Positions 16,106 through 30,044 of a stretch of 64,000 nucleotides of DNA are shown piece after piece. This DNA comes from Eledone cirrhosa (Eukaryota): positions 115,320,001-115,384,000 of the forward strand of contig OZ024741.1 in the NCBI GenBank assembly GCA_964016885.1. Reading direction: 5' to 3'. Every line of letters begins with the position of its first letter. Positions within the stretch are counted from its first letter, which is position 1. The notes beneath the pieces were generated by a model, which was not told where the DNA came from, did no database searches, and saw only the letters and a list, made by a program, of their open reading frames with translations. Position numbers and translations under genes: made by a program.

Positions 16106-16136
<31 letters not shown>

Positions 16137-16492
16137 GCATGCTACTGTACGTCTGTATACATATATGTATGTACGTATACATACATACTTACATTTATAT
16201 ATATATACATATATGTATATATATGCATATATATATACATATATGTATATATATATATTCTTGAGTATATATATATATATATTGGCAACATGACCCTCCC
16301 AAAGTATAACAATATATATATATATATATACATATATGTATATATATGTATATATATATACATATATATATATATACATATATATATATACATATATATA
16401 TATACACATATATATATACACATATATATATATACATATATATATATATACATATATATATATACATATATGTATATATATATAAATGTAAG

Positions 16493-16526
<34 letters not shown>

Positions 16527-16527
16527 C

Positions 16528-16558
<31 letters not shown>

Positions 16559-16559
16559 C

Positions 16560-16654
<95 letters not shown>

Positions 16655-16655
16655 C

Positions 16656-16722
<67 letters not shown>

Positions 16723-16723
16723 C

Positions 16724-16754
<31 letters not shown>

Positions 16755-16851
16755 CATATATATATAACTTTGAATAACTTTCAAATGTTTTGGCCCGTAT
16801 TGGCCCAGGCCATGTCTAACTTAATAGCACCACCTGGCGAAGTCTTTCAAT

Positions 16852-19810
16852 TCAGGATTTGGGCGCCATGGCCCATTCGAGAAGAGAATTACTGTTTACG
16901 GAGACATATCCGGGTGTGGGTGGTTTGTCCGGGATTACTTGGAGGAATTTATCCAAAGACTTCTTGAATTTTGTGTGGTCAGTTTCTGTTTTGACGTGTC
17001 CTGGTGTGATGTTGAAGAGAGCAGGGCCAATTGACGTGAAATAATTGTGCCGTATTGTTGTTATTTGTTGCGATTTAGATTTTTGTTTGGGACGGATAGC
17101 ACGGGGCCCAAGCCTTGGGTGTAATTTGAACGTGATGCCAACATCATTTGGGCAGTGATGATGAAACATTTTCCACATCATGCAGATAATATAACGCTCA
17201 CGGCGACGTTGGAGTGAGTAAAGTTTCAGCTTTTCTAGTCGACCCCAGTAGTCAAGGTCTGACATGCCATCTATCTTTTTCGTGATTGCCCTTTGGGGAG
17301 CTTCAAGTTTCATGATACTTTGTTTCGTGTGGGGAGACCACAGTGGACAACAGTATTCAAGGTGTGGTCGGGCAAAAGTAGAGAAGAGAAGGATAATGGT
17401 GTGGGAATCTCTCGACTGGAAGGTTCTGAGGATCCAGGAACACATTCTGCGGGCCATGTCAACTTTTCTGCTTATATGCGTGGCCCAGCTTATGTTGCGG
17501 TCCACGGTTACTCCCAAGTCTCTGATGTTGTTAGATGCCACGAGAGTTTCCCCGGAGGGAAGGGAGTACGGGAGTTTCAGAGCATCCTCTTTTCCAAAGT
17601 GGATCAGTTCGAATTTGTTTTCGTTCAGTAAGATTTTGTTCTTTTCTGCCCATTGGGTAACAGCCAGTAGGTCTGACTGAAGGCTTATCCGGTCATCCAC
17701 GCCATCGATGACCTTTTGGAGCTTGGAATCATCAGCGAAAATTCTAATGTTTCTGTGTTTGATGATGTCAGTGATGTCATTAATATAGATGATGAAGAGA
17801 AGTGGGCCCAACACAGTGCCTTGTGGGACCCCACTACTGACTTTGGCTGGGTTGGATTTGACTCCTTCCACTACAACATGTTGGGTTCTGTTTGACAGGA
17901 AGCTCTTGATCCACCGCAGCAGCTTTCCAGTGACACCAATATTGGACAGCTTTCTCAGTAGAATGTTGTGATCAACCCTGTCAAAGGCCTTGCTGAAATC
18001 AAGGTAGATATCATCAGTGTTGGAACCCTCTCCCAAGGCTCTCAAAATGTCATCAAAGTGATGCAGTAGCTGCGTCAGGCAATCCCTTCCATTACGGAAT
18101 CCATGCTGGTTGGAGTTCAGCATATTGTTACTCTCAAGGAAGTGAGTCATTCGCGATCTCACCACTCTCTCAAATACCTTAATGATATGAGAGGTGAGTG
18201 AGATTGGACGGTAATTCACGGCAAGGGATTTGTTTCCTTTTTTAAAAACTGGGACAACAGACTGGGATAGAAGGTTTTCTGGCACATATCCAGCATCCAG
18301 TGAGTTCCGCCACAGATTGGCAAGAGGAGATGCAAGTTGGTGTTGACACGCCTTCAAGACACAAGCAGGGAACCTATCGGGACCTACTGCTGAATTATGC
18401 TTGATTTCCTTTTTTGCCGCTAAGACATCAGGGGCGCCAAACGTTATGTCCGATAAGGTGTAATGGGGAGTAACATCGCTGATACAGCCCAGATCGGCCA
18501 TATCAGGATTGCTGAAAACAGAGCAGTATTGTTTCCGCAGTATCTCACCGATGGTTTTAGCATTGTCTTGAAGAATGCCATTTTCATCAATTAGAGGGCC
18601 AACAGTGGAGCCAGTGATTTTGCGTTTTTTTGCAAATGAAAAGAACACTTTGGGATTGAGTTTGATCTTCTCAATGGCCCAGGCCTCTTCAGCTCTTCTC
18701 TGATTGTTGATGATAGACATCATATTGTTTTGGAAGTTATGTTTTTTAATCTCTAGTGATGAAATGGCAGTCAAGTTGATGTGTTGCTGCTGACAGTATT
18801 TCAGCTTGTTGATTTTTTTGTTCGTTCTCTTAATTTTCCTGATGAGCGTTTTTCTATTTCTAGAGATTCTGCTCTTAGATTTGTTTATAGTTCTTAATGG
18901 GGTGTGTTTTACGCATATGTTTGTAACAGTGTCCACAAATGTCTGCCAGAACTTTTTGATGTTAGTGGGTGTATGAGTGTGCGTGAAGGACCAGTCGACA
19001 TGTGCAAGATCATGACTGGTCGCTTCCCAGTTTGCATTGTGGAAATCCATAGCGTCAAACGGATGGACAGGAGAGATGACATTGGGTTTATATATTGGAC
19101 GGTGGAATCTCAGATCACAGAGAACCATGTCATGATCAGAGAGTAGAGTTTGTTTTCTCCACTGCAATATTGTGGATATTGTTTGTGTGATTGCTGAAAA
19201 TTAAGTCTAGGAAGTTTTTGTGGCACCTCGTTGGTTCGAGCACCAGTTGGGACAGGGAGAAATCATCCATGAAGTCAAGAAGCGATTCCACTGCTTCCCT
19301 GTCAGAGGTTGAGGCAGAAGAACCTGGTGGCAGGCTGTTTGTAGACCAGTCAACTCCGGGGAGGTTGAAGTCCCCCATCATTAAGATGTTGTCAGGGTGA
19401 CACTCTTGGATGAAACACTTTATGCTGTTGAGGCATTCCTTGAAGCATGGTACAGGCGTTTGGGGTGGCCTATAGAGCCCAACTACTATTAGGTTGTTGG
19501 TTTGACTGAATACAGTGACTGCTTCGCAGTATCCATTAGTAAGTATGTTCATAGCCTCTGTTGAGAAAGAATTATGGACATAAATGGCAGTCCCGCCCTT
19601 TCTTCTGCCAGCGCGATCAGCACGGATGGCTTTGAAATTTTTCACTTTCACCTCGGCTTCCAAGTGGAGGTTACTGAGATGGGTTTCAGTGAGGACGAAG
19701 AAAGGGATGTGGTTTGGACATCAACCCAGTCCTCCAGCAATTAGATCTTCCATCTTTGAGTATTGGTGGAAGGGCTGATGCCTTGGGCGTTAAGCAAACA
19801 TGTTGAGGCG
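16852..19810 (-). pseudogene. LINE ORF2: apurinic endonuclease + reverse transcriptase (stop and frameshifts near 19740, 19710, 19150)
   Basis: LLNAQG, LTETHL, GGTAIYV, LYRPP, MGDFNLP, LDLIFSN, SDHDMV; NYRPISLTS, QHGFR, YLDFSKAFD, SGVPQGTVLGP, FADDSK. Confidence 0.93.
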
Positions 19811-19843
19811 AGAGTGGATGGTTTTAATTGTTTTGGTGTGTTG

Positions 19844-20483
19844 TTAATTTGTTTGTTTGTTAATGGCAGCAATGGGAGTTTGTGCAGTGGGTAATAGTGG
19901 AGGGTGGTGCTGGGTGATAGCTCGAATGTTTTTTTCCAGTTCTTTTGCCAGATTCATTATGGCTAAAAAAGAGGAAGAAGTTTCCTGTTTAGAAGACTGT
20001 TGGTGACTGTGGTAGTGGTTATTTTTATGTAGGTTATGGTTTTTGTTTTTGCTTTTATTTTTAATTTTATTTTCGTTTGTCCGACGGGTCCCCGGGACAT
20101 GGGTAAAGGGACAATCCCGGTCTAAACACAATCTGTCTCGCAGGGAAAAGCGGCAGATTTGTGGATTCCTTGTTTGAGTTATTGGTGGTTGTGTTGGTGT
20201 TAAATTAGAGTATGTATTATGGTGGTCGCTGTTTGTGGGGATAGATCGTTTTGTCCTAGGTAAATGGGTGAATTTGCAGCCACTATCCGTACATATTCTA
20301 TAGCGTAGAGAGTAGCGGCAAATGATGGGGTTTCGAGTGGGTGGGTATGTGGGTGTGTGTGTTGTGAGAGGTGTAGATGATGGTTTGAGTAGGATTTGAC
20401 GACCTTTTTGGGCTGTGGGAGGGAGAGTTCTTGTACTGGTATTAGAAGATAAATTCCTTGAGATAGCAGTAGGCAAAGATGTT

Positions 20484-20529
<46 letters not shown>

Positions 20530-21100
20530 GCAGAGAAGATGTTGGCAGTGGTGATGATTGGACTGCTGGGGCAGAGAAAGGAAGTTGCGTTTCCTGCTGT
20601 GAGACAGAGGCTACTGGGCGGTCAATAGTTTGATTTAGTAGATCGGCCATTGTTGATGAATCAAGGAGTGGTTCACACTGTTGTTGTTGTTGTTGTTGCT
20701 GTTGTTGTAGCTGTTGTTGTTGTTGTCGTTGTTGCTGCTGTTGTTGTTGTAGCTGTTGTTGTTGTTGTCGTTGTTGCTGCCGTTGTTGTTGTTGCTGCTG
20801 CTGGACAGCATCCGAAGAAAAAACACACCGTAGTTTATCCAAATGTTTATTGATTAATTTAAAAGCAACTTCGATTTGCTTTAATTTATTTTGAATCTGT
20901 TGTTCAGATCGGGTTTTCAAAAGGTGAACTGTACGTTTAGCAATGTCGTTCAGACATGAAGCATCTATGTCTTCTGTTTGGGTAAGGCAATGCCATGTGT
21001 TTATTAGAATGTCGATTTCATTATCAGACCAGTTCTGTTTGGATTTTTGCTGGTTAGCCATTCTAGTTTTGAGTGTGTGTGTTTTAGTTAAGTATTTCAA
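19844..21100 (-). CDS. LINE ORF1: Myb/SANT-like N-terminus, polyQ, polyT, two CCCH zinc fingers
   Basis: WSDNEIDILI..W..RSEQQIQNKLK; CRYSLRYRICTDSGCKFTH and CRFSLRDRLCLDRDCPFTH; lies directly upstream of ORF2. Confidence 0.75.
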
Positions 21101-21175
21101 TATATATATATATTTTTTTTTCTTGTGTGTGAGTGAGAAGAGTATATATATAAATATGAGTATATATAAATATGA

Positions 21176-21255
<80 letters not shown>

Positions 21256-21532
21256 TGGTTATTTGAAATTAATGAACTTAATGAAAAGATGAAAGTATAT
21301 AATAATTTGTAGTTAAAGGAAAATGTACTCACAAGTTGGTAAACACCTGGTTTCAAATATATAATAATATAGATGTATGTAAATGTAATTGACCGGTCAA
21401 TTTGGTTTGTTTGGTTTTGTTTTGTGGCTGTGTGACTTGCTGCTTACTCGGGGAGAGAAGTGAAAACACGTCTTTATACTTCAACATCAAGGCATATATG
21501 TATATATATATACACCAGGCATATATGTATAT

Positions 21533-22142
21533 ATCACCGATGAGGGACTCATTTTATAACATGTTATCCATGTGCAACCTGCAGTATTCTTCTCCCCATT
21601 TTTTCACATATATTTACCTAAACTGCGATTCTGTTTTTCTCTCTCTCTCTCTTACTGCTCCCTCGTTCTCTCTGTTTCTCTTACTTTCTTTCGCCCCCTC
21701 TGTCATGTCAGTTAACACTTTCTCTCTACTGACCTCTTCCTCACACTTCCACTCACTCACTCACTGTTTCTCCCCTTCTCACTTCACCCCGTTCGCGACG
21801 AAAACAATTTCCTTCTTTCTTACATTTGGATTCATCTCGAAAGGTCTATTTTCTACGCGCTCATATATTCACCCAGCTTATGCTGACAAAATAAATATGT
21901 AGCTTGTGTCCTTCCTATCTACGGTTAGCTTTCCTCTTTGTTGTTTACTTGTCTCACTCGCTTTACGCGTTTTAATTGTCCTAATAACTTAATTTAGTTA
22001 TTATTGCACCAACGTGAGGTATATGATTTTTAATGCAATGAAATATCTATGATCGTTGGCAAATCACTGATGAGGGACTCATTTTATAACATGTTATCCA
22101 TGTGCAAACTGCATTATTCTTCTCCCCGTTTTTTCACATAAA
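21533..22142 (+). repeat. Segment bounded by ~80-bp direct repeats (possible decayed PLE pLTR)
   Basis: tcac(c/t)gatgagggactc...ttttcacata at 21533-21610 and 22064-22140. Confidence 0.6.
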
Positions 22143-22173
22143 TATATATGTATATATACATATATGCCTGGTG

Positions 22174-22204
<31 letters not shown>

Positions 22205-24027
22205 GTATATACATATATATATGTATATATATATACATATATATATATATGTATATACATATATATATATATGTATATACATATATATATATATGTATAT
22301 ACATATATATATATATGTATATACATATATATATATATGTATATACATATATATACATATATATACATATATATACATATATATACATATATATATACAT
22401 ATATATACATATATATATACATATATACACATATATATATACATATATACACATATATATATACATATATATATACATATATATATACATATATATATAC
22501 ATATATATATACATGTATATACATATATACATATATGTATATACATATATATATGTATACATATATATACATACATATATATACATATATGTATATACAT
22601 ATATATATGTATATATATATATACATATATGTATATACATATATATATGTATATATATATATACATATATGTATATACATATATATATGTATATATATAT
22701 ATACATATATGTATATACATATATATATGTATATATATATATACATATATGTATATACATATATATATGTATATATATATATACATACATGTATATACAT
22801 ATATATATGTATATATATATATACATACATGTATATACATATATATATGTATATATATATATACATACATGTATATACATATATATATGTATATATATAT
22901 ATACATACATATATATATATGTATATATATATATACATACATATATATACATATATGTATATACATAAATATATATACATATATGTATATACATATATAT
23001 ATGTATGCATATATGTATATACATATATATATGTATATATATATATATACATACATATATATACATATATGTATATACATATATATATATGTATATATAT
23101 ATATACATACATATATATACATATATGTATATACATACATATATATACATATATGTATATACATATATATATGTATACATATATGTATATACATATGTAT
23201 ATGTATACATACATATATATACATATATGTATATACATATATATACATATATGTATATACATATATATATGTATATATATATATACATACATATATATAC
23301 ATATATGTATATACATATATATGTATATATATATATACATACATGTATATACATATATATATGTATATATATATATACATACATGTATATACATATATAT
23401 ATGTATATATATATATACATACATATATATATGTATATATATATATACATACATATATATACATATATGTATATACATACATATATATACATATATGTAT
23501 ATACATATATATATGTATGCATATATGTATATACATATATATATGTATATATATATATATACATACATATATATACATATATGTATATACATATATATAT
23601 GTATACATATATGTATATACATATATATATATGTATATATATATATACATACATATATATACATATATGTATATACATACATATATATACATATATGTAT
23701 ATACATATATATATGTATACATATATGTATATACATATATATATGTATATATATATATACATACATATATATACATATATGTATATACCTATATACATAC
23801 ATATATATACATATATGTATATACATATATACATACATATATATACATATATGTATATACATATATATACATATATGTATATACATATATATATGTATAT
23901 ATACATACATATATATACATACATACATATACATATATGTATATACATATATATATGTATATATACATACATATATATATACATACATACATATACATAA
24001 ATTCACATACACACATATATATATATA

Positions 24028-24087
<60 letters not shown>

Positions 24088-24106
24088 CATATACATAAAT
24101 TCACAT

Positions 24107-24137
<31 letters not shown>

Positions 24138-24168
24138 CATACATACATACATATACATAAATTCACAT

Positions 24169-24199
<31 letters not shown>

Positions 24200-24230
24200 C
24201 ATACATACATACATATACATAAATTCACAT

Positions 24231-24261
<31 letters not shown>

Positions 24262-24292
24262 CATACATACATACATATACATAAATTCACAT

Positions 24293-24325
<33 letters not shown>
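22142..24325. repeat. 2.2-kb compound (TA)n/(TACA)n microsatellite with higher-order ~40-bp and ~58-bp units
   Basis: Periodic lines at 22580-22900; repeated acataaattcacatacac unit at 23990-24300. Confidence 0.95.
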
Positions 24326-24539
24326 CAAGAGAGAGATAGATCGAGAGATAGCGAGAGAGTTATAGAAAGAGATTAGATAGAACTATAACGTCGCATTATA
24401 CCGTGTGTGTGTGAGTGTATGTGTACATCTGTTGGCCCTTTATCTATCTGTCTGTGTGCCTGTCTGTCTTACACGCAAGGGCCATGTTGTGGTAACCTGT
24501 CTTGCTAGATATGACAGCAAAATAAGCCTTAGCTTCTAT

Positions 24540-24576
<37 letters not shown>

Positions 24577-24618
24577 CACATACCTGGTTACTTCCCACAC
24601 TCCCTTCGTTATATATAT

Positions 24619-24722
24619 AAACAAGAAGTGTAAGTCAACAGGGTAGAATTAGCTTCGTTTATTCATATTCTTATGAATAAACGAAGTTAATTTTACCCTG
24701 TTGACTTACACTTCTTTGTTTT
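24619..24722. repeat. ~50-bp fold-back hairpin
   Basis: aagaagtgtaagtcaacagggtagaattagcttcgtttattcata / tatgaataaacgaagttaattttaccctgttgacttacacttctt. Confidence 0.9.
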
Positions 24723-25409
24723 ACATTACTCCGGAGTAAACAGCACAACCTGCGCACTTCGTTGAGTGCTCCGACCTGCATACTGAGGTGCCGGCAAACA
24801 ACCAACAGCTTATGACATCCTGGTAACAGAATCAGAGAGAAATGTAGGAGGAAGCATAGAAAGAGACGTAGAGCGTGTAAAGGAACGTAGGAAAAGTGTA
24901 AAAAAATAAAAAAATAACACGAGATAGAGTTATCTTGGAAGTAATTTAATAGTACCTATATTTCGGATTTTGCATCCACCAACTGGGGGTTTTCTGAGGG
25001 GAAAAACTTATGTTGAGAGGGTCAACACATGGCCTGCGCTGTTTGCTGAACAACTCTATCGGGCGCGTGTGCGCACGGAATAGCTGCGGTGAACAAAGTT
25101 CGAGGCAGTTCTTCTATACTAGAGTAGTTGGGTGGTGATTGACAATGTGTACGCCTCTTCGTTGTCAATTCTTTATATGTTCGGTCTTTGATAGTGGGAG
25201 CCACTGGCAGGCATGCTGATGGTAGTCTGCCTGCCTGTTGTCTGTCGGTCAGTGGATGGTGGGCACGATATAAACACAATAACAATCGCTCGATTGTTAC
25301 TGTGTGTGTGTTGTTCCATTTATTTACATCTCGTCTCATTTCTGTCGAATCGATTATTGATTTGTGGTCCGAGGCGTTTGATCCAGAGTGCCTACTTGAT
25401 CCTTAAAGT

Positions 25410-25620
25410 GCCGTCTACTGGAAACATGTAATCCAGTACAACCTGTCTCATGGTCGGGTCGTCGGCGACTAAACTGGCAACCCCACCAAGATTGGTGAGA
25501 AGGGTGATATTTGGACACCCTGCAGGATGAAATACAAGACCCGGCAAAGGGCGGAGGAACTCAACAGAGTCCACGGCCATCCAAATAGTACTTTTTTCCA
25601 CCTGGGAATGAAAGGCCACT
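25410..25620 (+). mobile_element. Diverged 5' fragment of the RTE-derived family
   Basis: Similar to 46115-46275. Confidence 0.8.
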
Positions 25621-25871
25621 AAAAATTAAAGATTTAAAATTAAGAGGTAAGTTGTTTCATCTTTTTTGTTGAGAAGGAGACATATACTTAAGTAAAAGTT
25701 AAGTGGAAATATCCAAGAGAAAGAGAAAATGTTATATCCCTATAGAGATATAACACTTACTATATGTAGTATGTATGTAAAAGGTAAAGAGAAATAACAC
25801 AATCGATACAGTATATGGAAGGAATATAGAAGGAATATATTAGGTTAACACTTGAAATTGCAGAAATAGGG

Positions 25872-25907
25872 TCTTGCCGTTTCGAACGATTGATCATCAC
25901 CAGAAGA
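25872..25907 (-). ncRNA. Decayed hammerhead ribozyme
   Basis: tctt CTGGTGA tgatcaatcgttc GAAAC ggc aaga; two core substitutions. Confidence 0.45.
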
Positions 25908-26245
25908 AAGAATGAAGAAAAAAAAAATCGATGGTGAAATTATGAAATGAATTATAGTACAAAAAAAAATCTTTGTTGCTCAAATATAAATATATATGAA
26001 ATTTTTAATGAAAAAATATATATTACATTAATTAAAGAATAACCTCGCTTCAAAATATTATATTCAACAACATATAATATTGATAAAATTTTATCAGTAG
26101 CGAGTATAGTTTTATTTTAAATTGTACAGTTAATTCGGTTTTAATTTTCAGCTTTGGTTTTACTTTTGGTTTAATTTTTTATGTTTTTGATATCTAAAGA
26201 ACTCGATCATAAACAATGTTTTTAACTTTTTCAACTTTTGTATAA

Positions 26246-26980
26246 TAATTGTTTCTACTTTTGGCATAAAGCCATCAATAATCCAGTACAATACTGGTAC
26301 TTATTTTATCGACCCCGAAAGGATGAAAGGCAGAGTTAATCTCGGCGGGATTTGAACTCAGTCCGTAAAGGGACGTAACTATGCTGGAAAGCATGGCGTC
26401 AGACTCTCTACTGATACTGCCAATCCATATTTTATTTTAAATATTGATACCAATCTTTTTAAATGTTTCACCTCGTGATTTATTTATTGTCATAGCAAAA
26501 GATAGTTTAACTAGAAATTGTAATCTTGTAATCCTCACTGGCTTCTCTGCAAGTAATTTATTGTTTGCTGGTAAAAGATTGATACAAAGTTTTTCCAGTT
26601 CTACTTGGAGCATCTAAAAAATATAATTCTTTCTACTTTTGGCACCAGGCCAGCAATAACCCAGCACATTACTGGTACTTTATTTTACCGACCCCATAAG
26701 GATGGAAGGCAAAGTTAACCTCGACGGGATTTGAACTGAGACCGTAAAGGGACGTAACTATGCTAGAAAGCATGGCATCTAAAAAATATAATTGTTTCTA
26801 CTTTTGGCACAAGGCCAGCAATTACCCAGTATATTACTGGTACTTTATTTTATCCACCCCGTAAGGATGAAAGGCAAAGTTAACCTCGGCGGGATTTGAA
26901 CTCAGACCGCAAAGGGACGTAACTATGTTGGAAAGCATGGCGTCCGACTCTCTACCGATACTGCCAATCCACCGCCCTTA
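26246..26980 (-). mobile_element. Three copies of a tRNA-derived SINE (26246-26427, 26625-26775, 26790-26980)
   Basis: A box tggcagtatcgg, B box gttcaaatcc, core gcctttcatcc..ggggtcgataaaataa..gtaccag. Confidence 0.9.
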
Positions 26981-27029
26981 AAAATAACATTATATTTTTT
27001 TAGATGGCATCTAAAAAATATAATATTTG

Positions 27030-28000
27030 TTCATTTCTATTGGTTATTGAGTCATTGATTATAGTGTAACTAAGTCTTATTCTTCATTCAACAAAGGTTC
27101 ATTCACATCTACAAAGTTTCTTGTTTCTAAGTGTTCATTTATTCTTTCAATATTGTTTACTTCTAGTTCTTCATAAGTTGGTTCAGGTAGTCCTATTTCA
27201 ATCAAAACCGTTTGTCCTATTTCATATAAAGGAGCTTTAAGTTTGTGTAAAATTTCACTGTATAATATTCCTTCATCATTTACTCTATCTACACAAATTG
27301 ACAATTAAAAATTTGGACTGAGAACAAAAGATGCCATAGTTTGTCTGATAAGCTCACTATTTTCCAAAAGCATCTCTTGGATGTGTCTTATAGTGTGTAA
27401 GTGTGTTTCAGAAACCTACTATTTCTAATATTAATTTGTTCCTTTAAATCATCAATAAAATAAACTTGTGCATATTTAGGAATATTATCAACTGCATTAC
27501 TCAATGAACTTATTGTTTGATAAATTTTACCTAGTATTTTAAAAGAGCATTAGTGCATTTAAAGGTTCAGGTGGTCTTTCAATTAAATTCAATTTAACTT
27601 TACCATTTGAGCAAAATAATCACTTAGGTTCATCTTTAAATAGTTTTGCACAACAATGTTTCCTAAATTTGATAGATTATCATAATTTTTACTTGGATCA
27701 TATTCAAATGCTGCATTTGTAAATTATGTAACAGAACTACGTAGTTCGGCATACCTTGATCTTTTTACTTGAGTTACATTTTGTTATTGCTCTCTAGTCT
27801 GAGAATGTCTTGCTTCATTGTGAGAAATTCTTATTTCATCTCTTCTTTTTTCTGTCAAATTTCCTCTCAATTCTTGAAGAGCTAATCTGTTTTCTTCTCT
27901 AATTTCATTTCTCCTTTGAACTGAGAGCCTTTCTCGATTTCTTGTTCTCTGAATTTCTCTCTCTTTCGACGCTTTCTTTCTAAGCTATTTGAAATTTTCC
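27030..28000 (-). pseudogene. Old AT-rich Helitron relic (zinc motif and helicase-proximal segment)
   Basis: AAFEYDP..CCAKLFKDEP..CSNGKVKL..PPEPL at ~27560-27720; IGLPEP..NEPLLNEE at 27077-27200. Confidence 0.65.
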
Positions 28001-28884
28001 TTACATCATTAATATTATTGTTGTTTAAGTTAGTAGTTGCATTGAAAGGGTTATCATTATTATGCGCTGTATTGATATTTATATCGTAATTTTCCGAAGA
28101 GACACTGTTGTTTAATGGATTTGTGTCGTTTGCATAGCCAGCCTATGAACGTTTCAACCCATATACTTTCAACATATATGTATATTATATTTCCCATACG
28201 TAAATATATAACAGCAGGCATTTTCAACTTGAGTAAATTCAAATACCATAAGAGATTTACTAATTTAAAATTCAAAAACAAAATTTATTGAGACAGTACT
28301 TCTCTATTATTTATTCTAAGAGCGAACATTTCTCCTTACAAGTGCAGTTAAATACGAATCATCTTCAAAACCCAAGTATTAACTGTTGGTGTGAATCGCC
28401 AGAATATTATAAAAATTGTCTGAAAGAAAATATCTAATCTCACAAAATGAAGTCGTATATTTAGGAGACCATTTCGAAGAAATGTTTTGTCGCATGATAA
28501 ATTTTAAGGAATATTGTCCACTCAGTATTTTTACCGCTTAAGCATGAAAGGGAGATCCAGGCCCTTGACACTTTTTTTATATGCATACAAGACAGGAGAG
28601 AGAAAACTATCTACAAACAGAGTGAACTCCACTTAAAGTACATAAGGACCAGATGGTAGATTACGTCAACTATCCAAACGTCGCTGATAAAACTACAACT
28701 GTTATAATCAACATGATTAATTTTTGAAAAATATCTGTAATGAAACTAAACTCGAACAAATATGTATGAGATATAATCTTGATATCGATTCTACAGGCCT
28801 GGAAACCGCTAAAAACCCAAACGAGGAGTACGATGAAAACACGTACCACAAAACGGGGAGAAATGAGGCAAAATGGGGAGCTCC

Positions 28885-28995
28885 TGCAGAGATTCATTTT
28901 GCCTTTCATCCTTCCGGGGCGATAAAATAAAGTTGATTTACTCAGCTTTGCCCTTCCTACCAAATTTGTTGGCTGTGTCTAAATTTAAAAACAAA
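28885..28995 (+). mobile_element. SINE fragment
   Basis: tttgcctttcatccttccggggcgataaaataaag core. Confidence 0.65.
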
Positions 28996-30044
28996 AATCA
29001 ATATTATTTCCACATGTACAGAAGATTTCTATGTTCTACTGCGAAGAGGTTGTGGTGTGAAGTAGAGACATTTCAAACTAAAAAAAAACCCCCAAAAGTT
29101 CGTTAATACAGTAATACGACGGTTTATAAAATACATGGGCATCAGATCAAAGGAAGTTGCTCCGTGGGGTGGAATAGCTAATGCACCAGGTACCTGCCCT
29201 GATACAGTTCCATGCCTGTCAAGTCTGAGTTTCTTTAACACTATTCATCAATCCACATCTTACTAGGTGTGTTTCAGGTCTTGAAACCAGACGTCATTGC
29301 GTTGTACACATGATGGTTCGCGTGGTAGAATGAAGCATACTAACCAAGATTAAAATAATTATTCTCTTCATGACAAAGCAATATTAATAAGACTGAAGTG
29401 TCTTTCGTAGACGCATAAAAGCGCGCGTTATCACGAATTACACTGATTATCCATATTTCAGTCTGATTAGTCACGTATGATTATGGTCTAATCATATTGT
29501 TTTCTAAAGATAATCTGTTCTAAGATTTTTGTTTGGATCAGTCTCTTCAATTGCCCACAATACTATCTCCAACATCTGCCTTTCCTTATCATTTCTTTCT
29601 GCTTTTCTTCTGAATCTAATTATATTATTGATTGCAATTTTATTTCGCAATTTGTCGGAACTGTAATCCTAACAGTATGTAATTTTATATCGCAAGGATA
29701 TTATTGCTAAAGTAAGTTACTGCTTGGGAAATAAATGCTTACGGTTTAAATGTAGCGAACACGATAACATTAATTAAATAGTAACATTTATGTTTTCTGA
29801 AAGAAGTAAATATAACTAATAAGTGTTCAAGTTAGGTAAAACAAAAACAAAGTCAAAGTCGACAAAGGAAAAATTATTAAAACAAAAGAAAAAAAGAACG
29901 TTCTAATGAGTCACCACAACAAGGTCACAATATAATATAATATAATTGGAAATATGCAATGTGGTGAGGGAAAGAACACTTTGAACTTTCGTAGACACTG
30001 TAATACCTCCGGCTATATTTTAGTATTATTTATGGCATATAGTT

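Larger units (their letters stand above)
14420..16106. mobile_element. Two inverted solo pLTR copies of the PLE family at 40765-43180
   Basis: 14420-15400 is the reverse complement of 42191-43180; 15421-16026 is a direct copy of ~42575-43180. Confidence 0.9.
16765..21472 (-). mobile_element. Near full-length CR1/L2-group LINE (ORF1 + APE-RT ORF2, slightly disrupted)
   Basis: ORF1 19844-21100, APE fragments, RT; 3' tail aaagttattcaaagtt; probable 5' UTR up to ~21472 interrupted by (TA)n. Confidence 0.88.

Noticed and set aside
22094-24206. Long ORFs (to 676 aa) of [10 protein letters not shown] type here and across the window
   Set aside because: Translations of stop-free TA/CA microsatellites, not proteins
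24950-25000. HHR-like ggat..atcc GAAA tata on the minus strand
   Set aside because: The 5' core reads CAGTTGG, too degenerate to call
26790-26980. tRNA genes suggested by A/B boxes
   Set aside because: No cloverleaf; these are SINE heads
29110-29270. Possible host exon in unique-looking sequence
   Set aside because: Short open frame with no recognisable domain and weak splice context
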